NCBI GenBank assembly: GCA_013239625.1
Contig: MU054323.1
Location: forward strand, 10,695,186 to 10,759,185
Source of the DNA: Lama guanicoe
Taxonomy: Eukaryota
Reading direction: 5' to 3'
Length of the DNA stretch: 64,000 nucleotides
Under the pieces are notes generated by a model. It did not search any database. It was not told the DNA's origin and saw only the letters and a program-made list of their open reading frames with translations. Both the position numbers and the translations under genes were made by a program. Positions 26,330 through 39,085 of this stretch are shown here, piece after piece (position 1 is the stretch's first letter; every line of letters begins with the position of its first letter).

Positions 26330-26610
26330 ACCACAGTCAACATTTAATATGGCCTACTATGTGACATTGGGCAAGTTGTATACCTTTGAAAAACCTCTAT
26401 TTCTTCAACTGTATGAGGGTAATGATATCCTCATTACTCTCTCTGGGGTAGTAATGATCAGGAATTTACATATAATTTTCACTTTTCATTTGATTTTCAC
26501 AGTAATCTGATTAGATATTCACTAGTATTACCCTCATTGTAGAGACAAGGAAATAAGACTTAGCTTAAAGAGATTAAGTAACCTGATCAAGGTCACCCAA
26601 CTTTTAACTT
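26330..26610 (-). mobile_element. MIR SINE carrying an internal templated insertion
   Basis: catttaatatggcctactatgtg ... tattaccctcattgtagagacaaggaaataagac...attaagtaacctgatcaaggtcac. Confidence 0.75.
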
Positions 26611-26729
26611 GCTCTGCCTTCCAATACCGTGGTGATTCTTACTTCAAATTTTAAAAGGCATAGCAGGGATAGATGTCAGGGGACAGGGGGTCAGCAGGAT
26701 CAATGGCATGACCATGGCCACATAGTAGC

Positions 26730-26840
26730 CTAACAGACCAACCATATCAGTTTCTCAGGACTGTGGCAATTTTAAAATGAGGCAACCTGTGTCCTGGGCA
26801 TTCCGTCAATCCCAGGCAAACCAGCACAATGGTCACCCTA
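26730..26840. mobile_element. MER81-like hAT-Blackjack MITE
   Basis: gaccaaccatatcagtttctcaggactgt...gtgtcctggg...cccaggcaaaccagcacaatggtcacccta terminus. Confidence 0.6.
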
Positions 26841-27759
26841 TGAGGGAGTAGAACCCAGGGCCTCTGGCTCCTAGCACAGCACTCTTTCCACCACAAACTA
26901 TACTTCCTCTCTTCATAATGGAAGATGAAGTTATTAGGATGCATGTATTCATTTTTCCTGAACCCTTAGTGAAACAGGCATTTCAGAATCTGTTTAGAAC
27001 ATCAATCACCTAGGCTCTCAAGAAGAGACAGGCCCCAGCTGGAACTGTTCTTTCTAGTACACGCCAGTGATGAAATATCCAGTTTCTTCCCTGCCTCCTC
27101 CCCCTGCTTGGCACACCTGGACTCCTGCCACTCATCTGTATAATGTGCCTAGCGCCATCTGGCCCGGCATCTCATGTCCTATCAACAGGGATGTCAAGCA
27201 GGAAAGATGAAAGGACATAACTCCAAGGAGCACTGCTCGTTTTTGAGCCCCAGTCTGGGGGAAGTTCTGACGATTACTCATTAGGTAGCTACAAGGAGAG
27301 AAAAATGACTTGTTACCATCCGGCTGTCAGCTGGTACCTGGAGCACTTTACTATTTCTTGTTTAAGCAAGTGTTCTGGGGAGAATCCTAGGACTTTCAAA
27401 TTAAGGTGGATTATAGGCTGGAGTATCTCAAGGGGCTACCAGGGAATTTTCATGGTTTAGAGATCTGATGACAGTTGTGGCAATGTCTGTGGTTCTGCCA
27501 GCAACCAGCACATCCTCTCTGTGAAAGCAGCAGAGGGGACAATGGACAGATTTAGCAAAGGGAGCCAGAGTTCTAAAGAGCCTAATCTTCACATCCAGCA
27601 TCTGAGCCAGCCTTCAGATTCCAAAGTAAACTGGACCTAATAAATGGTAATTGAGCAACTACAGGAAAATCTGGTGGCTTTTTGAGAAACAAACCTACTC
27701 ATGTTCTTGTTAGGACGTGTACTCAGTATACTTTCCCAGTATAAATCAAGAAGAAATTG

Positions 27760-28610
27760 CATCAAAGAAGGATAGCTTTGGTTACATAAAAATCTACTGA
27801 TTTGTATAAGTCAGAAGATGTCAAATGTAAAAAAAAAGAAACAATAAATTATAGGAAAAGACACAACAAAAGGTTGATTACACTGATATATAAAGTTCTT
27901 AATAATTAATTAAAAATTATAAACCTAAGAATATTAAAAGGAGCAAAACTGAACAAACTAGTAATTAAAAAGTTACTTAATATCTAGAAAAATGAGGAGA
28001 TAGTTAAACCAAATATGGAAATGCAAACTTAAAAAATGAAATTTGCTTGTGAAATCACACACACACACACACACACACACAGTGTGAAGGACTAGAGAAA
28101 TAGTGTCTCTTATCCTCTGTTGGTGGTACTATGTATGAGTACAACTTTTTTGTTTGACTGCTTGATAATAGGCATTATGATCTTTTTAAAAATGCCTTGT
28201 CCATAACCCAGTAAATCCACTTACATAAATTCTAAAGAAATAATTAGAAATGGGTTAAAATGATATTTTATGTAATTAATTAAAGCATTATTAATAATAA
28301 TAATTTTTAAAGCCTAAATAATTTAAAATACACAGTAGAATTTTACAGTCATTAAGAATCACGCTTTCAAAGGTAATTTAGTGATGTAGGAAAAGCTCAC
28401 AATGTCATATTGAATATAAAAGCAGTATATTATACTGTACTCAGTATGACTACTGTCATTAAATTATGTGTGTGTGTATTTGTATATATACACAGTTATA
28501 ACAGAATGGGTTAAGGTGGTAGGATTATCAGCAACTTTATGCTTTTAATTTAACTTCTGTCTCTAATTCTCAAATACAGAAAGAGCTTGTATTACTGCAT
28601 AATCAAAAAA
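27760..28610 (+). mobile_element. Ancient L1M 3' fragment with embedded (CA)n
   Basis: ggaaatgcaaacttaaaa; tgttggtggtactatgtatgagtacaactttt; acccagtaaatccactt; (CA)n at ~28056-28081. Confidence 0.6.
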
Positions 28611-29019
28611 CAATCTTTCATACAGAAAAGGCAAAAAAGAGTATGAAAAGGGACTGGAGTCTCTTCACTTTCATTCTTACCTCAGTCTTGCCTTTTTTTT
28701 TTTTTTTTTACCAACTACAGACACTGTATCTCTTTGTTTCTAGGCTGTCTTTCACTTCCTTCCATGTCTCTTTTCTGATAAAGGGAGAGCAAGGAAAGCT
28801 TGTGGTTAGAACTAGCCCTTCTTTCTTTAGCCACTGAGATGCCAGCAATCAGAACTAAACCCAGAAAACCGCACCTAACCATAAGCTCCTTGAGGGCAGA
28901 GACTGGGCCCTCAATGTCTGAGCCTCAGCACCTAGCCCTGTGCCTGCCAGGCCACTGAACTGTCCTCAGTGTAAGTACATTTTAGCATATACTGTCTATC
29001 ACTGCTAAGTACTAAGGAC

Positions 29020-30135
29020 TATTAAACACAAGGGATGCATCTCCTCCTTCAGAGGATAGATTAGATATATTCAGCGAACTGTAACACACAAAAAGCGGTA
29101 CTGTGAAGTACACGTGCACTGAAATGCTATGGGAAGGAAGAGGGGTACAAACTCCCACGTACAAAGAGAATGAGGAAGCAGACAACAGCAACAACAGTTT
29201 GGAAACTGGGTGGCAAATGGATGACTAGGCTGATATCTAACTGATTTAACAGATCTGAGGAAGCTGTATCCTCAGCTGACATTGTGGGGGCCTAGAAGCA
29301 GCCCCATTTCCCCAGCAGAACCCCCTAAAAGGCTGAGGAATTAAATCTACTACCTCTGAGAGTATGGGATGGAAGGGGAGCTAAGCAAAGAAGGTTGATT
29401 GAAGGCTACTCGAAAAGCAGTGGGACCCACAGCAGGAATGGGAGGTGTGCTGGCTCTCTGGACTGAGGGAAATGGAGCCCCATGGTCCAGGGGACACTAG
29501 GTACAACTAGAGGAAGAGAGCAGAGTACTGGACACAGAGGGGAAGAGTGGATATTTATATCTTAAATGCCGAGACTTCCAAACTTCTTCCCCACTGGGTT
29601 TCCACAGATGTGGTCACCAGGCCTATACCTGTAAGCACGAGGTTAGGTGGGCTTTCTTAGGGGGATATGAACAACACAAGAGGAAATACCTAAAGACACT
29701 GACATCAAGGTTCTCCAACAAAATAGCCCAGGCACACCCTACAGTGATGCCCACAATGACAAGTCCCAGTGGCAAGCTCAGAGCTTCTAGACAGCATTTG
29801 AATGCTCTGCTCTTAAAAAGAGCAGAAACTAGAGTCCATAGACATCTGAGAAAAGTCTCTAATGTGAAAGATGGAAATCAAATCAAACACAGAATAAAAA
29901 CAATCTAACAGGAATTGTTCAAGGGAAACATTTTATATTCAGAATATATTCAATACCCTAAAAGATATAAAAGAAGCTACATTGCATTTATGCAAACAAG
30001 AACTGTTGAAATAGAAAAAAGTTTATAAGATAAAGAGAGAGAAAATAGGACAGAAAAAAGTAAATGACAAGCCCAGGATGCCCAACATGCTAATAATAAG
30101 AGTTCCAGAGAGAACAACACACACACACACACACA

Positions 30136-30169
<34 letters not shown>

Positions 30170-31210
30170 TACACAGAAAAGAAATTAACCACAGAATGAT
30201 TCAAGGAAATGTTTCTCAACTGAAAAACTTGAATTTCCAGATTAAAGGGGTCCCATACAACAATATGAAAATAAACTGAAAAGGCACAGTGTCATGAAAT
30301 TTTAAAACACAGAAGGCAAGACACAAGTAAAGTTTCAGAGAGGAAAATAAAACAGATCCCATTCCAAAGACTGTGAATCTGAATGGCTTTGAACTTCTCA
30401 ATAGAAATGCCAGAAGCTTGAAAACAATGGAGTGATGCCTTCAAAAATCTGAAGATAAATGACTTCCAACCTAGAATTCTATACTAAGAGAAACTACCAA
30501 TCAAATATGAAGGTAAAATAACGGCTTTGTTGGATATACAAGGTCTCAAGTGTTTTATCTTCCTAATACTCTTTCTCAGGACGCTACACGTGGATGAGCT
30601 CCACCAGTATCAGTGGGATGCTGACAGAGAGAGGTCTAACACAAGACAGGCAAGGGAATTTCTGGGTGAGGTAGAAGGGAGGGCCCAGATACCAGAGGGT
30701 AACCCATCCAGTTCAGAGCAGAGAAGAGGGTTCCAGGAGAGATTTCTTAAAGAAGATGAGATTGGTAGGCGAATGAATGCATCTGGTATGTGGAGCAGAC
30801 ATTTAGACAACTGGCAGAGAGTTTGGAATTCAAACAATGATAAATTCAGAGGAAACTAAGCTAATACAGAAGAATATAATGTAATCTAAATGTAAATATA
30901 AAACAAAACAAAAACAAAATAAAACCCTTGGGGAAAATAAAAGATTGTGCATGAAAGGAAAAGAAAGGCTTAGCCATGAATCTCATTTGCATTGCCATAT
31001 AATATAAACAATGAATATTGATTTGAACAAAATTAAAACATAACACTATGGAGAGAGTGGAGGGAAAAGAAAGGCACATCTTGACATGCCTAGTAAACAA
31101 AGGGTTGAGGCAGAGGACTGCTGTGTTCATTGATGAGTCTTGTATACCATTTGCCTTTTTAAACTACAGACATGTACCAATTTTGACAAAATAATAGAAT
31201 GTAAAAAAAA
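29020..31210 (+). mobile_element. Ancient HAL1-like (ORF1-only L1 derivative), near full length, degenerate
   Basis: Degenerate ORF1 C-terminal motifs (acaatggagtgatgccttcaaaaatctg...ttccaacctagaattctatac...aaactaccaatcaaatatgaaggtaaaata) followed by a HAL1-type ctttctcaggacgctacacgtggatgagctccacca; no ORF2; A-tail at ~31203-31210. Confidence 0.7.
30116..30174. repeat. Compound microsatellite (CA)n(CT)n(CA)n
   Basis: Directly visible. Confidence 0.95.
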
Positions 31211-31387
31211 GTGAATCTCAATTCTTTGAGTGCTCTTTCCTCTCCCAGGTCATAACAGTGTTTTTCTATTTGTTCTTGTGTTCAAAGCCGAGGACTGGCT
31301 TAACATGCAACCTGAGGGCTTTGGGTTGGACATGGGCGAAACCTTCTTTCTTCTCAAGAGCTCAAGGAAAATGGGACTCACAATAAC

Positions 31388-31725
31388 AATGTGCTGGAAT
31401 TCCAACCTATATCTTATTGTTTCATGTTTGTCTTACTTATTAACATAAATAGAACTATCAACCAACATTGATGTTGGAACTCCACTCATTTGTTAACTAC
31501 AACCATATGCTGACTACAAATTTTTTAAATTGACAAAAATCAACAGAAGCATTCTGTGAGAATGAAGTTGAATTTACAAAGAAAAAATACTTATTATTAT
31601 CTGTAAATTGTGCACTGCACATCTTTCATGTCAGTAAAATACACATTAAATGCATGTGTCTATACATATAGAGACACACGCATACACAGGGTGCCAACTG
31701 CTAAACATTTACCAATATACCACTA
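31388..31725. mobile_element. MER63-like hAT element
   Basis: Terminus aactgctaaacatttaccaatataccact; internal gcattctgtgagaat and gtaaattgtgcactgcacatc. Confidence 0.6.
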
Positions 31726-33235
31726 GATCTACAGCTACTGCTCAGAAATGAGTAAGGAGTGAGAAAGTCTGACTAGAAACAGAGAACTGGCTAACATGAT
31801 CCCTCAGAAGCCTGTGTTCTTAGAGTGACTTCAGTGCTCCCCTCTGTTTGGGGAGAGGAAGCCTCTGCCCTTTGGAAGGGCTCAGCTCTGACTTCACTGA
31901 TTAGTATGCTGGAAGATTTCCCCAAAAGGCATCGCCATTGATGCCACAGAAGGCAAAACATTACACAAGGATGGGTTTCTTTGGTATAAAATTAAGAATT
32001 ACTGATAACTAAAAGACTTGCTATTTTTCAAAGAAATACACAGAAAACATTCATCCATTGGGATGGATGATGGAAATGACAACTGAACTATTTATTGCAT
32101 TAAGCACTATGTGCATTTTGGCTAATTTTTGTTTCCTAGATTTCCTCATAAAATTATTTTTTTTCAATTATCTTTTCAAAAAGCATCATTAAAAATAGGA
32201 CTTTAAAGGAGAAAGAATGAATTTATAATCTCGAAGGGAACAGGAGAGGGAAGAGGATCTGTGAAGACTTCTTTAATGTGAAGACTTCTTTAAAAAGAAG
32301 TTCTTAGACATAGGATGGCACCAGAGTTATAAAAATCTTGGGAAAAACACAATTTGACAGGATATCCAACTGATGGTTAATTCTGCTGAAGAAAATGTCT
32401 AAAAGATAAGTAAGGTTCCTGACAATGCTTAGATCCATTGGAGGCAATGCACAGTTGTGGCCAGAGTAACATACCTCTGACTAATGCCACCTCCTAAAAT
32501 GGCCCAGGTAAGGTTTGTGTTACTCTGTCTTCAGTGCTATTACAAACAGGATGCTTAATTAGTGTTCATAAACTTGTACAAATGATTGCCAGCTCATTTT
32601 CTTCCCTGTGTTGCTTTGAAACACCCTGACTGACACACTTCTGACTAAAAGGTCTGCTCAGCTTTGAAGCAACTTGATCTCAACTCCTCCCTGATATCTG
32701 CATACACACGCTCCAGATAGACAAGAATCAACCGTCAAGTTGAGAGTCTGGGTCCTCATGCTCTCTGACTTCTCATCCCCATTCTCCATATTTAACCACT
32801 TTATACCCATTCTGGGAAACCAGGGCTTTGGCTTTATATTTACCAACCTATATTACAGTTTACTGAGTGCTCTATTTTGAGCCTCTCAACAATCCCATGA
32901 CAAGGGAAGGGCTGGCAGAATGCCCATGTTCTTGAGGAGGAAACCAGGATTCCCAAAGGTTAATGCTTTGACCGGGGTCCCAGGGCATAATTCACACCAG
33001 GACACACTTGGTTGTTTGGCTTCTAGCCCAGTGCTTTTTCCATAAAATGCTGACATTTAGACTCTGAGGTGGGCCTAAGAGGTAAAGATAGAATGTCACA
33101 CAGCTGACAAGTTTCTTCCAAAAAAATACAAAAGGACCTCTCTGCAGATGAGAAGAAAAATATGAAAACCAGAGACAACACTTAAATGGTTTCAGGAGTG
33201 TATATATGGCCTCTCTTTGAATATGGATGACATAA

Positions 33236-34422
33236 AGCAAGATGGTAGAGTGGAAGGATGCCTGTAGTTCACCCTCTCCCACAAATACACCAAAACTCAC
33301 ATCTACGGACCCACTCAGCCAACCAGAGCTCCTGCCGAACTCCGACAGAACATCGCCCTCTTCGAAAGACAAAGACGCCAAAAATCTGGTAGGAGAAAAG
33401 GAAAAAAGGAAGAAGAACAAGCAGAACAGTGTGGGACCAGTCCCGCAGGGAGGGAGCGGGAAAGGAAGACTGGTGCTCATTTGCTGGGTCTCCCCCCTCC
33501 AATGGAGAGGCCAACAGGATGGGGGAGCCTCTGAGGCTCAGATCTGCCCCGAGCACCCCTTGACTGACTGAACTAAGTTAAACAGGCACAGAGGGTCCCT
33601 GCAAAACCCAACCCAAGACACGAGCCAGCAGCTGGGGACTGGGACAGGCCACCTGAACCGGGTGGAGGACTGGGGTGGCTGCAACTGAGGCAGCCCTGCG
33701 AGACTGTAGGGTGCTGCGCGCCATGGCTGGGAGGGCATACGGAGCAGAACAACCTTGGTCCCCCATAAATTGCGAAAAAAGCAAAGCAACATAGGTGGTG
33801 TGACCTGGCGGGGAGAGGCTCCGTAGCCTTAGTCTCCTCAGCCCTGTGGTGCCATTACTGGCGCTTCTTAGGAGAATAGAGGTGGGGCACAGCCACAGCC
33901 GCCATCTCCTCCTGTGCACAGCGCCGCCTGGACGGGGGTGGGGGGTGGCAGGGCCGAGACCTGAATCCTCACCACGGGGCGCCGCAACCTCCTGGGCAGC
34001 CGAGGCAGATAGGATCTTTCTGCCCTGGTTCCTCAGAGAACTCGCACCGCCAAGACAAACAAGGAGCTGAGATTTGGCACAGAGTAGGGGTAGGGCTGTT
34101 CTGCAGTCTTCCCCCAGCCCGCCTAGGGAGCACCTACCCTAGGCGGAGCGGGCAGCTGCACAGAGCAGTGGAGCAACCAGCACCAGGAGAGGGTGGGCAG
34201 CCACCCACCTTCCTGGCAGGAATGCAGCATGGTGCTGGGAGGGGGTGTGATCTGCCCACCTGCCTCGCCCGAGCACAGCATTTGACTGCAGCATTGGGAG
34301 GGGGAGTGACCTGCCTGCCCACCGGTTTTATTCCTGCATAGGTTTTAGACAGATAAATAAATAAAGTCCTTAAGCACCACAATAGATAACTGATACTCCT
34401 TAAGCCACAGTGCCACAGAGAT
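33236..34422 (+). promoter_or_regulatory. L1 5'UTR internal promoter (GC/CpG-enriched) with YY1-like site
   Basis: caagatgg at 33238-33245 (the YY1 core typical of L1 5' ends); the most CpG-rich part of the window; short tandem monomers at ~34190-34325. Confidence 0.75.
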
Positions 34423-35329
34423 ATGAGCAATATGAAGAAGCAGAGGAACCACTCCCAATTAAAAGAACAAGAGAAATCCCCTGAAAGCACGATCAAGGAA
34501 ACAGACACTGATGGCCTACTGATGACCAAGATTTCAATAAAGGACTGATCAAAGTACTGAAGGAACTAAAAGAAATAGTGTTTAGAGATATAAAATATGT
34601 CAAAAATGAAATAGAAGCTATAAGGAAGAACCAAGTAGAATTGGTAAACTCATTTGCTGAGATGAGAGCCGACCTAAAGGCTGTACAAAGCAGGCTAGAT
34701 AATGCAGAGGAACGAATAAGTGACCTAGAAGACAGGACAACAGAAAGCACCCAATCAGAAGAGCTACCTACAACATAAACAAATAAAAACAAATGAAAAC
34801 AATATAAGGGACCTATGGGATAATATAAAGCATGCAAATGTATGCATAATAGGGGTTCCAGAAGGGGAAGGAAGAACAAAGGGGATTGGAAAGGTATTTG
34901 AAGAAATCATGACTGAAAACTTCCCAAACCTAAAGAAGGAATCAGATATCCAAGTACAGGAGGCTCAGAGGGTCCCAAACAGGAAGAACCCAAACAGACC
35001 CACACCAAGACATATCATAATCAAGATGGCCAGAGTCAAGGATAAAGAAATGATCCTAAAGGCAGCAAGAGAAAAACAAAGAGTGAGTTACAAGGGAACC
35101 CCTATAAGGCTCTCAGCTGACTTCTCTACACAAACACTACAGGCCAGAAGGGAGTGGCAAGATATATTCAAAGTCCTGAATGAAAAAAGATGTAGCCTAG
35201 GATACTCTATTCAGAAGGCTATCCTTTAGAATACAAGGAAAGATAAAGAACTCCACAGACATGCAAAAACTCAAAGAGTTTACGGAACCTAAACCCATGT
35301 TAAAAGAAATATTGACAAGTCTACTCTAA
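34423..35329 (+). pseudogene. L1 ORF1p (RNA-binding/chaperone), disrupted by frameshifts
   Basis: ATG at 34423, TAA at 35327-35329; fragments RLDNAEERISDLEDR and ENFPNL...RPTPRHIIIKM...KGTPIRLSADFSTQTLQARREWQDIF are L1 ORF1p hallmarks. Confidence 0.92.
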
Positions 35330-35472
35330 ATAGAAAAGAAGCAGGATGCTACAAAATTGAGAAACTCATAACTGGAAAGGTGATAACTACCATGAATTCC
35401 AAACAGAATAAACACAAAATTGTAAAAGAAGACATCTAAATCATTAAGAGTGGGAGAGGAAAGCAAGGAAAG

Positions 35473-35830
35473 CCACTGTGGAAAACAATATGGAGATTCC
35501 TCAAAAGACTAGGAATAGACTTGCCACATGATCCAGGAAGCACACTCCCGGGCATATATCCAGAAGGAACTCTACTTCAAAATGACACCTGCACCCCAAT
35601 GTTCATAGCAGCACTATTTACAATAGCCAAGACATGGAAACAGCCTAAATGTCCATCAATAGATGACTGGGTAAAAAAGTGGTATATTTATATGATGGAA
35701 TACTATTTAGCCACAAAAACTGACAACATAACACTATTTGCAGCAACATGGATGTTCCTGGAGAATGTCATTCTAAGTGAAGTAAGCCAGAAAGAGGAAA
35801 AGAAAAATACCATATGAGATCACTCATATG
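35473..35830 (+). pseudogene. L1 ORF2p extreme C-terminal remnant
   Basis: [28 protein letters not shown]...WYIYMMEYY. Confidence 0.9.
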
Positions 35831-36934
35831 TGGAATCTAAAAAAAAAAACATAAATATAAAACAGAAACAGACTCATAGACATAGAATACAGATTTGTGG
35901 TTGCCAAAGGGGAGAGGGGTGGGAAGGGGCAGTCTGGGATTTTAAAATGTAGAATAGATAAACAAGATTATACTGTATAGCACAGGGAAATATATACAAG
36001 ATCTTGTGGTAGATCACAGCTAAAAAAAGTTGTGACAAGGAATATATGTATGTTCATGTATAACTGAAAAATTGTCCTCTACTCTGGAATTTGACACAAC
36101 ATTGTTAAATGACTATTGCTCAATAAAAAAATTGTTAAAAAAAAGAAAAGAAAATGGACGACATAATTGTATGAAAAATCAGTAGACGAAATGAACTTTC
36201 ATCAAAGGGGTGCTGAGAAAGATGATTTCAAAATTCTGACTTGCAGTTGGGTTAATTTAAATTTATATAGTTAATAATTCTATAACTGAAAGAAGGGATT
36301 CTTCCTTTACTGTAATTAAACTGGATGTTCATGCCAAGCAGACAGATAGGTTCTAAGAGGAGAAAAGATGGAGACAATAAAAGAAAGCGAGATGGAAGAT
36401 TCAAAACAAGACAAAAGAAGATTTTTTATTTTAATTATTGGAAGTATCAACAAGCACAAGGCCACCTTTGACTGATTAAAAGATAAACCAAAATACAACA
36501 TGATGCTTGGTGGAAGATTATAAATGAGAATCATAAATTAGATGGAGATTTGGATAAAAGGGCTTTTTAAATCCTTTATAACCCTCAGGTCTTGATTAAC
36601 TCTGAGGAAAATCATTCTGTAACTTGGAAGTTAGGATAATGTTTCACTGAAGCTGACAATTTCTGTTACCAAAACACCTGACATAAAGGAAAATGATAGA
36701 GTCTTGTTATTTTGCTAACCAAAGGAACCGGAGGTAGTCATGCCATTGGGAGAGAAGGAAACCCCTCCTAAGTAGCTGAATATCACTTAGAAGAATGAGA
36801 TGGAGGACGTTATACGCTAAACCTCTTACTCATAGCTGGAAATCAGTTCCACCACATAGGATATGAGTAGCTTCCCCTGCAAAAAAGCCAAAGAAGAGAT
36901 TTTAAAAACTACAAGGGCTCCATACCGTTAGCAG

Positions 36935-37150
36935 ATGATAGCACAGTGGTTAACAGCTTGGGGCTCATCTAGCCAGATTTCTTTGGCTTCAAATTCCTGC
37001 TTCCCCACTAACTAGGTGACCTTGAGACAGTTATTTAATCTGTAAAATGGGTATAATAATAATTCTGACTCATAGGCTACTGTATGATTAAATTAATTAA
37101 TTTAAGTAGAGCTACTTAGAATCCTGGCTGGAGTGTAGTAACCACCCAAT
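36935..37150 (+). mobile_element. MIR SINE
   Basis: atagcacagtggttaacagcttggg...ggtgaccttgagacagttatttaatctgtaaaatgggtataataat. Confidence 0.85.
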
Positions 37151-37607
37151 GAAGATGAGAATGAGCAATTGCTGTAGTTCACAGTTTTAGTGAGAAAGTG
37201 TTGCCTTGAAGGAGAACCATGAAGGTTACGGTAAGAAAAGTCTCAGCATCATGGGGTGTTTCACAAATTCTTGATCATTTTTAAAAAGTCACATGACTTT
37301 TCAAAGAATAGAGAACTCTCAAGTCTACTAGGGTAACATCTGTGAGGCAGTGGAGAGAGACATTTTCTAATTTCCACTTTTGAAGCAGTGAGTTGTGATT
37401 GATGGTATTACAGACTCTTCACTGAATCAGATGTATGTCAATTATCTTCTTGCCAAGCATGGTGCTAGGCACAGCAAAAGCTTAATTATACTGAATACCT
37501 CCTTGAAGATGCATATATAGTGGCATGATATTCTCCAGTTCCTTTGGTTAGCAAAATAACAAGGCTCTGTCCTTTTCCTTCAGGTCAAGTATTTCGGTAA
37601 CAGAAAC

Positions 37608-37634
37608 GCACACACACACACACACACACACACA
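37608..37634. repeat. (CA)n microsatellite
   Basis: Directly visible. Confidence 0.95.
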
Positions 37635-38944
37635 AATGAGATAGCTTTACAGCTTAAAAAATGCAATAGAATTCAGGAAAAGAGAGCTTACTGCCAGTAA
37701 GACTTTGTGATAAGTAAGCTGGCCCTTTAAGCATGGGCAAGAAGGATGTTCATCAAAAACTGATTAACAAGTCACAAGCAGCCATGATGCTTAACCTCCT
37801 CCCTAGTCCTTCTAATCCCAACCTTGACTCAGTGTTGAGCAAGATGCAGCAGTGAACTAGAGGCTGAGGATGGCCTTTGGGAGGGCAGCTTCCCCCTTTC
37901 CCTCTTGGCTACGTTGACCTTCTGAATGGGTCTGGCAGGAACCCATTCCTTGAAGTGTGCCTCCTGTGGGTCTGGCAGCTAGCCAATTTGTCCCTCTGAT
38001 CCTTATCAGGCATGGAGTGAAATGCTGGTTGTTGAATGACCAGTTGACTTATTTCAAGTCTGAGTCAGGTCTGTTTCTCATCAATATCCAGACACTGAGA
38101 TACGGATAAATTCAAAACAGATCCTAGTTTGTATCAAGCCCTGGAAGCCACTGCTATTTTGACGATTCCTTCAGGGTACTGGCTGTGCCGAGGTGAATGT
38201 AGAATTACCAGTGACTGAGTTGAAGTACCTTAACAGGTGGAACCTCAGAAACCAGGTGCTGGCACCTAGTAACTGGCTTTGTCACTGGAGGGAGCCACAG
38301 AGCTGGGACCTTAGTTTCATCGAGGGTTAGAAATGAGTCTACTCAAATTACAGCAAGGGCAGGACAAGAGTGCACTGGGCAGGGTCTGACTCCCCAGTGA
38401 TATGCTTAGGGCACCAGCAAAACTGGGGCTCATACATGAAAATTGCATTTGCTATTTTAAAGCAAGGATGAAAGTATTATCAAGGTGAGAACCAGAATTT
38501 CATTAGACTTTTTATACCTGTTTTATAGTTTTTTTAAATTTTTAATTCTATGGCAGGAGTAGGGAAATGAGCACACCGTAAGTCTCTTAGAGATCGAGGT
38601 CTCTTAAAACCATCACCCAGCCTAGAAGTGAGCACCCATGAGGTTAGTGGCTGCTGACCTGTGGAAAAGGAGGAGAAACGGATGTCAAAGAAGTCTGTCC
38701 ACTCAGAGCTTCCTTCTGCACCCGCTCACATCACTGTCTATTCCTTCGCCTAATGCTGAGTTCCTCCGTCCTTCTGCCGCCCAGAGACCCCAGGGTCAGA
38801 GATCCACGCTGCAAATGTCTTCTGGGTTGCTCCCTTTCCATTTCCCACCTGGACATTTTCTCAGTACAATATATCTCAGAGGGACAGTTATTAGAAGAAC
38901 AGCCCATAAGATGAAGGAGCTGACTGGTCGTTTTCTCTTATATG

Positions 38945-39085
38945 CCCTACAGATCACCTGGGGCTCTTGTTAAAATACAGATTCCAATTCCAACATGCTG
39001 AGGTTGGGGTCTGAGATTCTGCATGCTACCAAGCTCCTGGATGATGTTCATGTCTCTGGTCCTCAGACAGCACTTTCAGCAGGGA
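38945..39085. mobile_element. MER5A-like MITE
   Basis: atcacctggggctcttgttaaaatacagattcc...ggggtctgagattctgcatgctaccaagctcctggatgatg. Confidence 0.8.

Larger units (their letters stand above)
33236..36149 (+). mobile_element. Young L1 with full 5'UTR, ORF1 and 3' end but ORF2 almost entirely missing
   Basis: 17-bp TSD gaatatggatgacataa (33219-33235) / gaaaatggacgacataa (36150-36166); GC-rich 5'UTR; ORF1 peptides; jump at ~35471 to the ORF2 C-terminus; polyA tail. Confidence 0.95.

Noticed and set aside
32992..34879. Long antisense and sense ORFs in the L1 5'UTR/ORF1 (162, 113, 131, 128 and 109 aa), possible ORF0 analogue
   Set aside because: Expected in GC-rich 5'UTR or antisense to ORF1. 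The 113-aa ORF starts at GTG, and none has recognisable homology.
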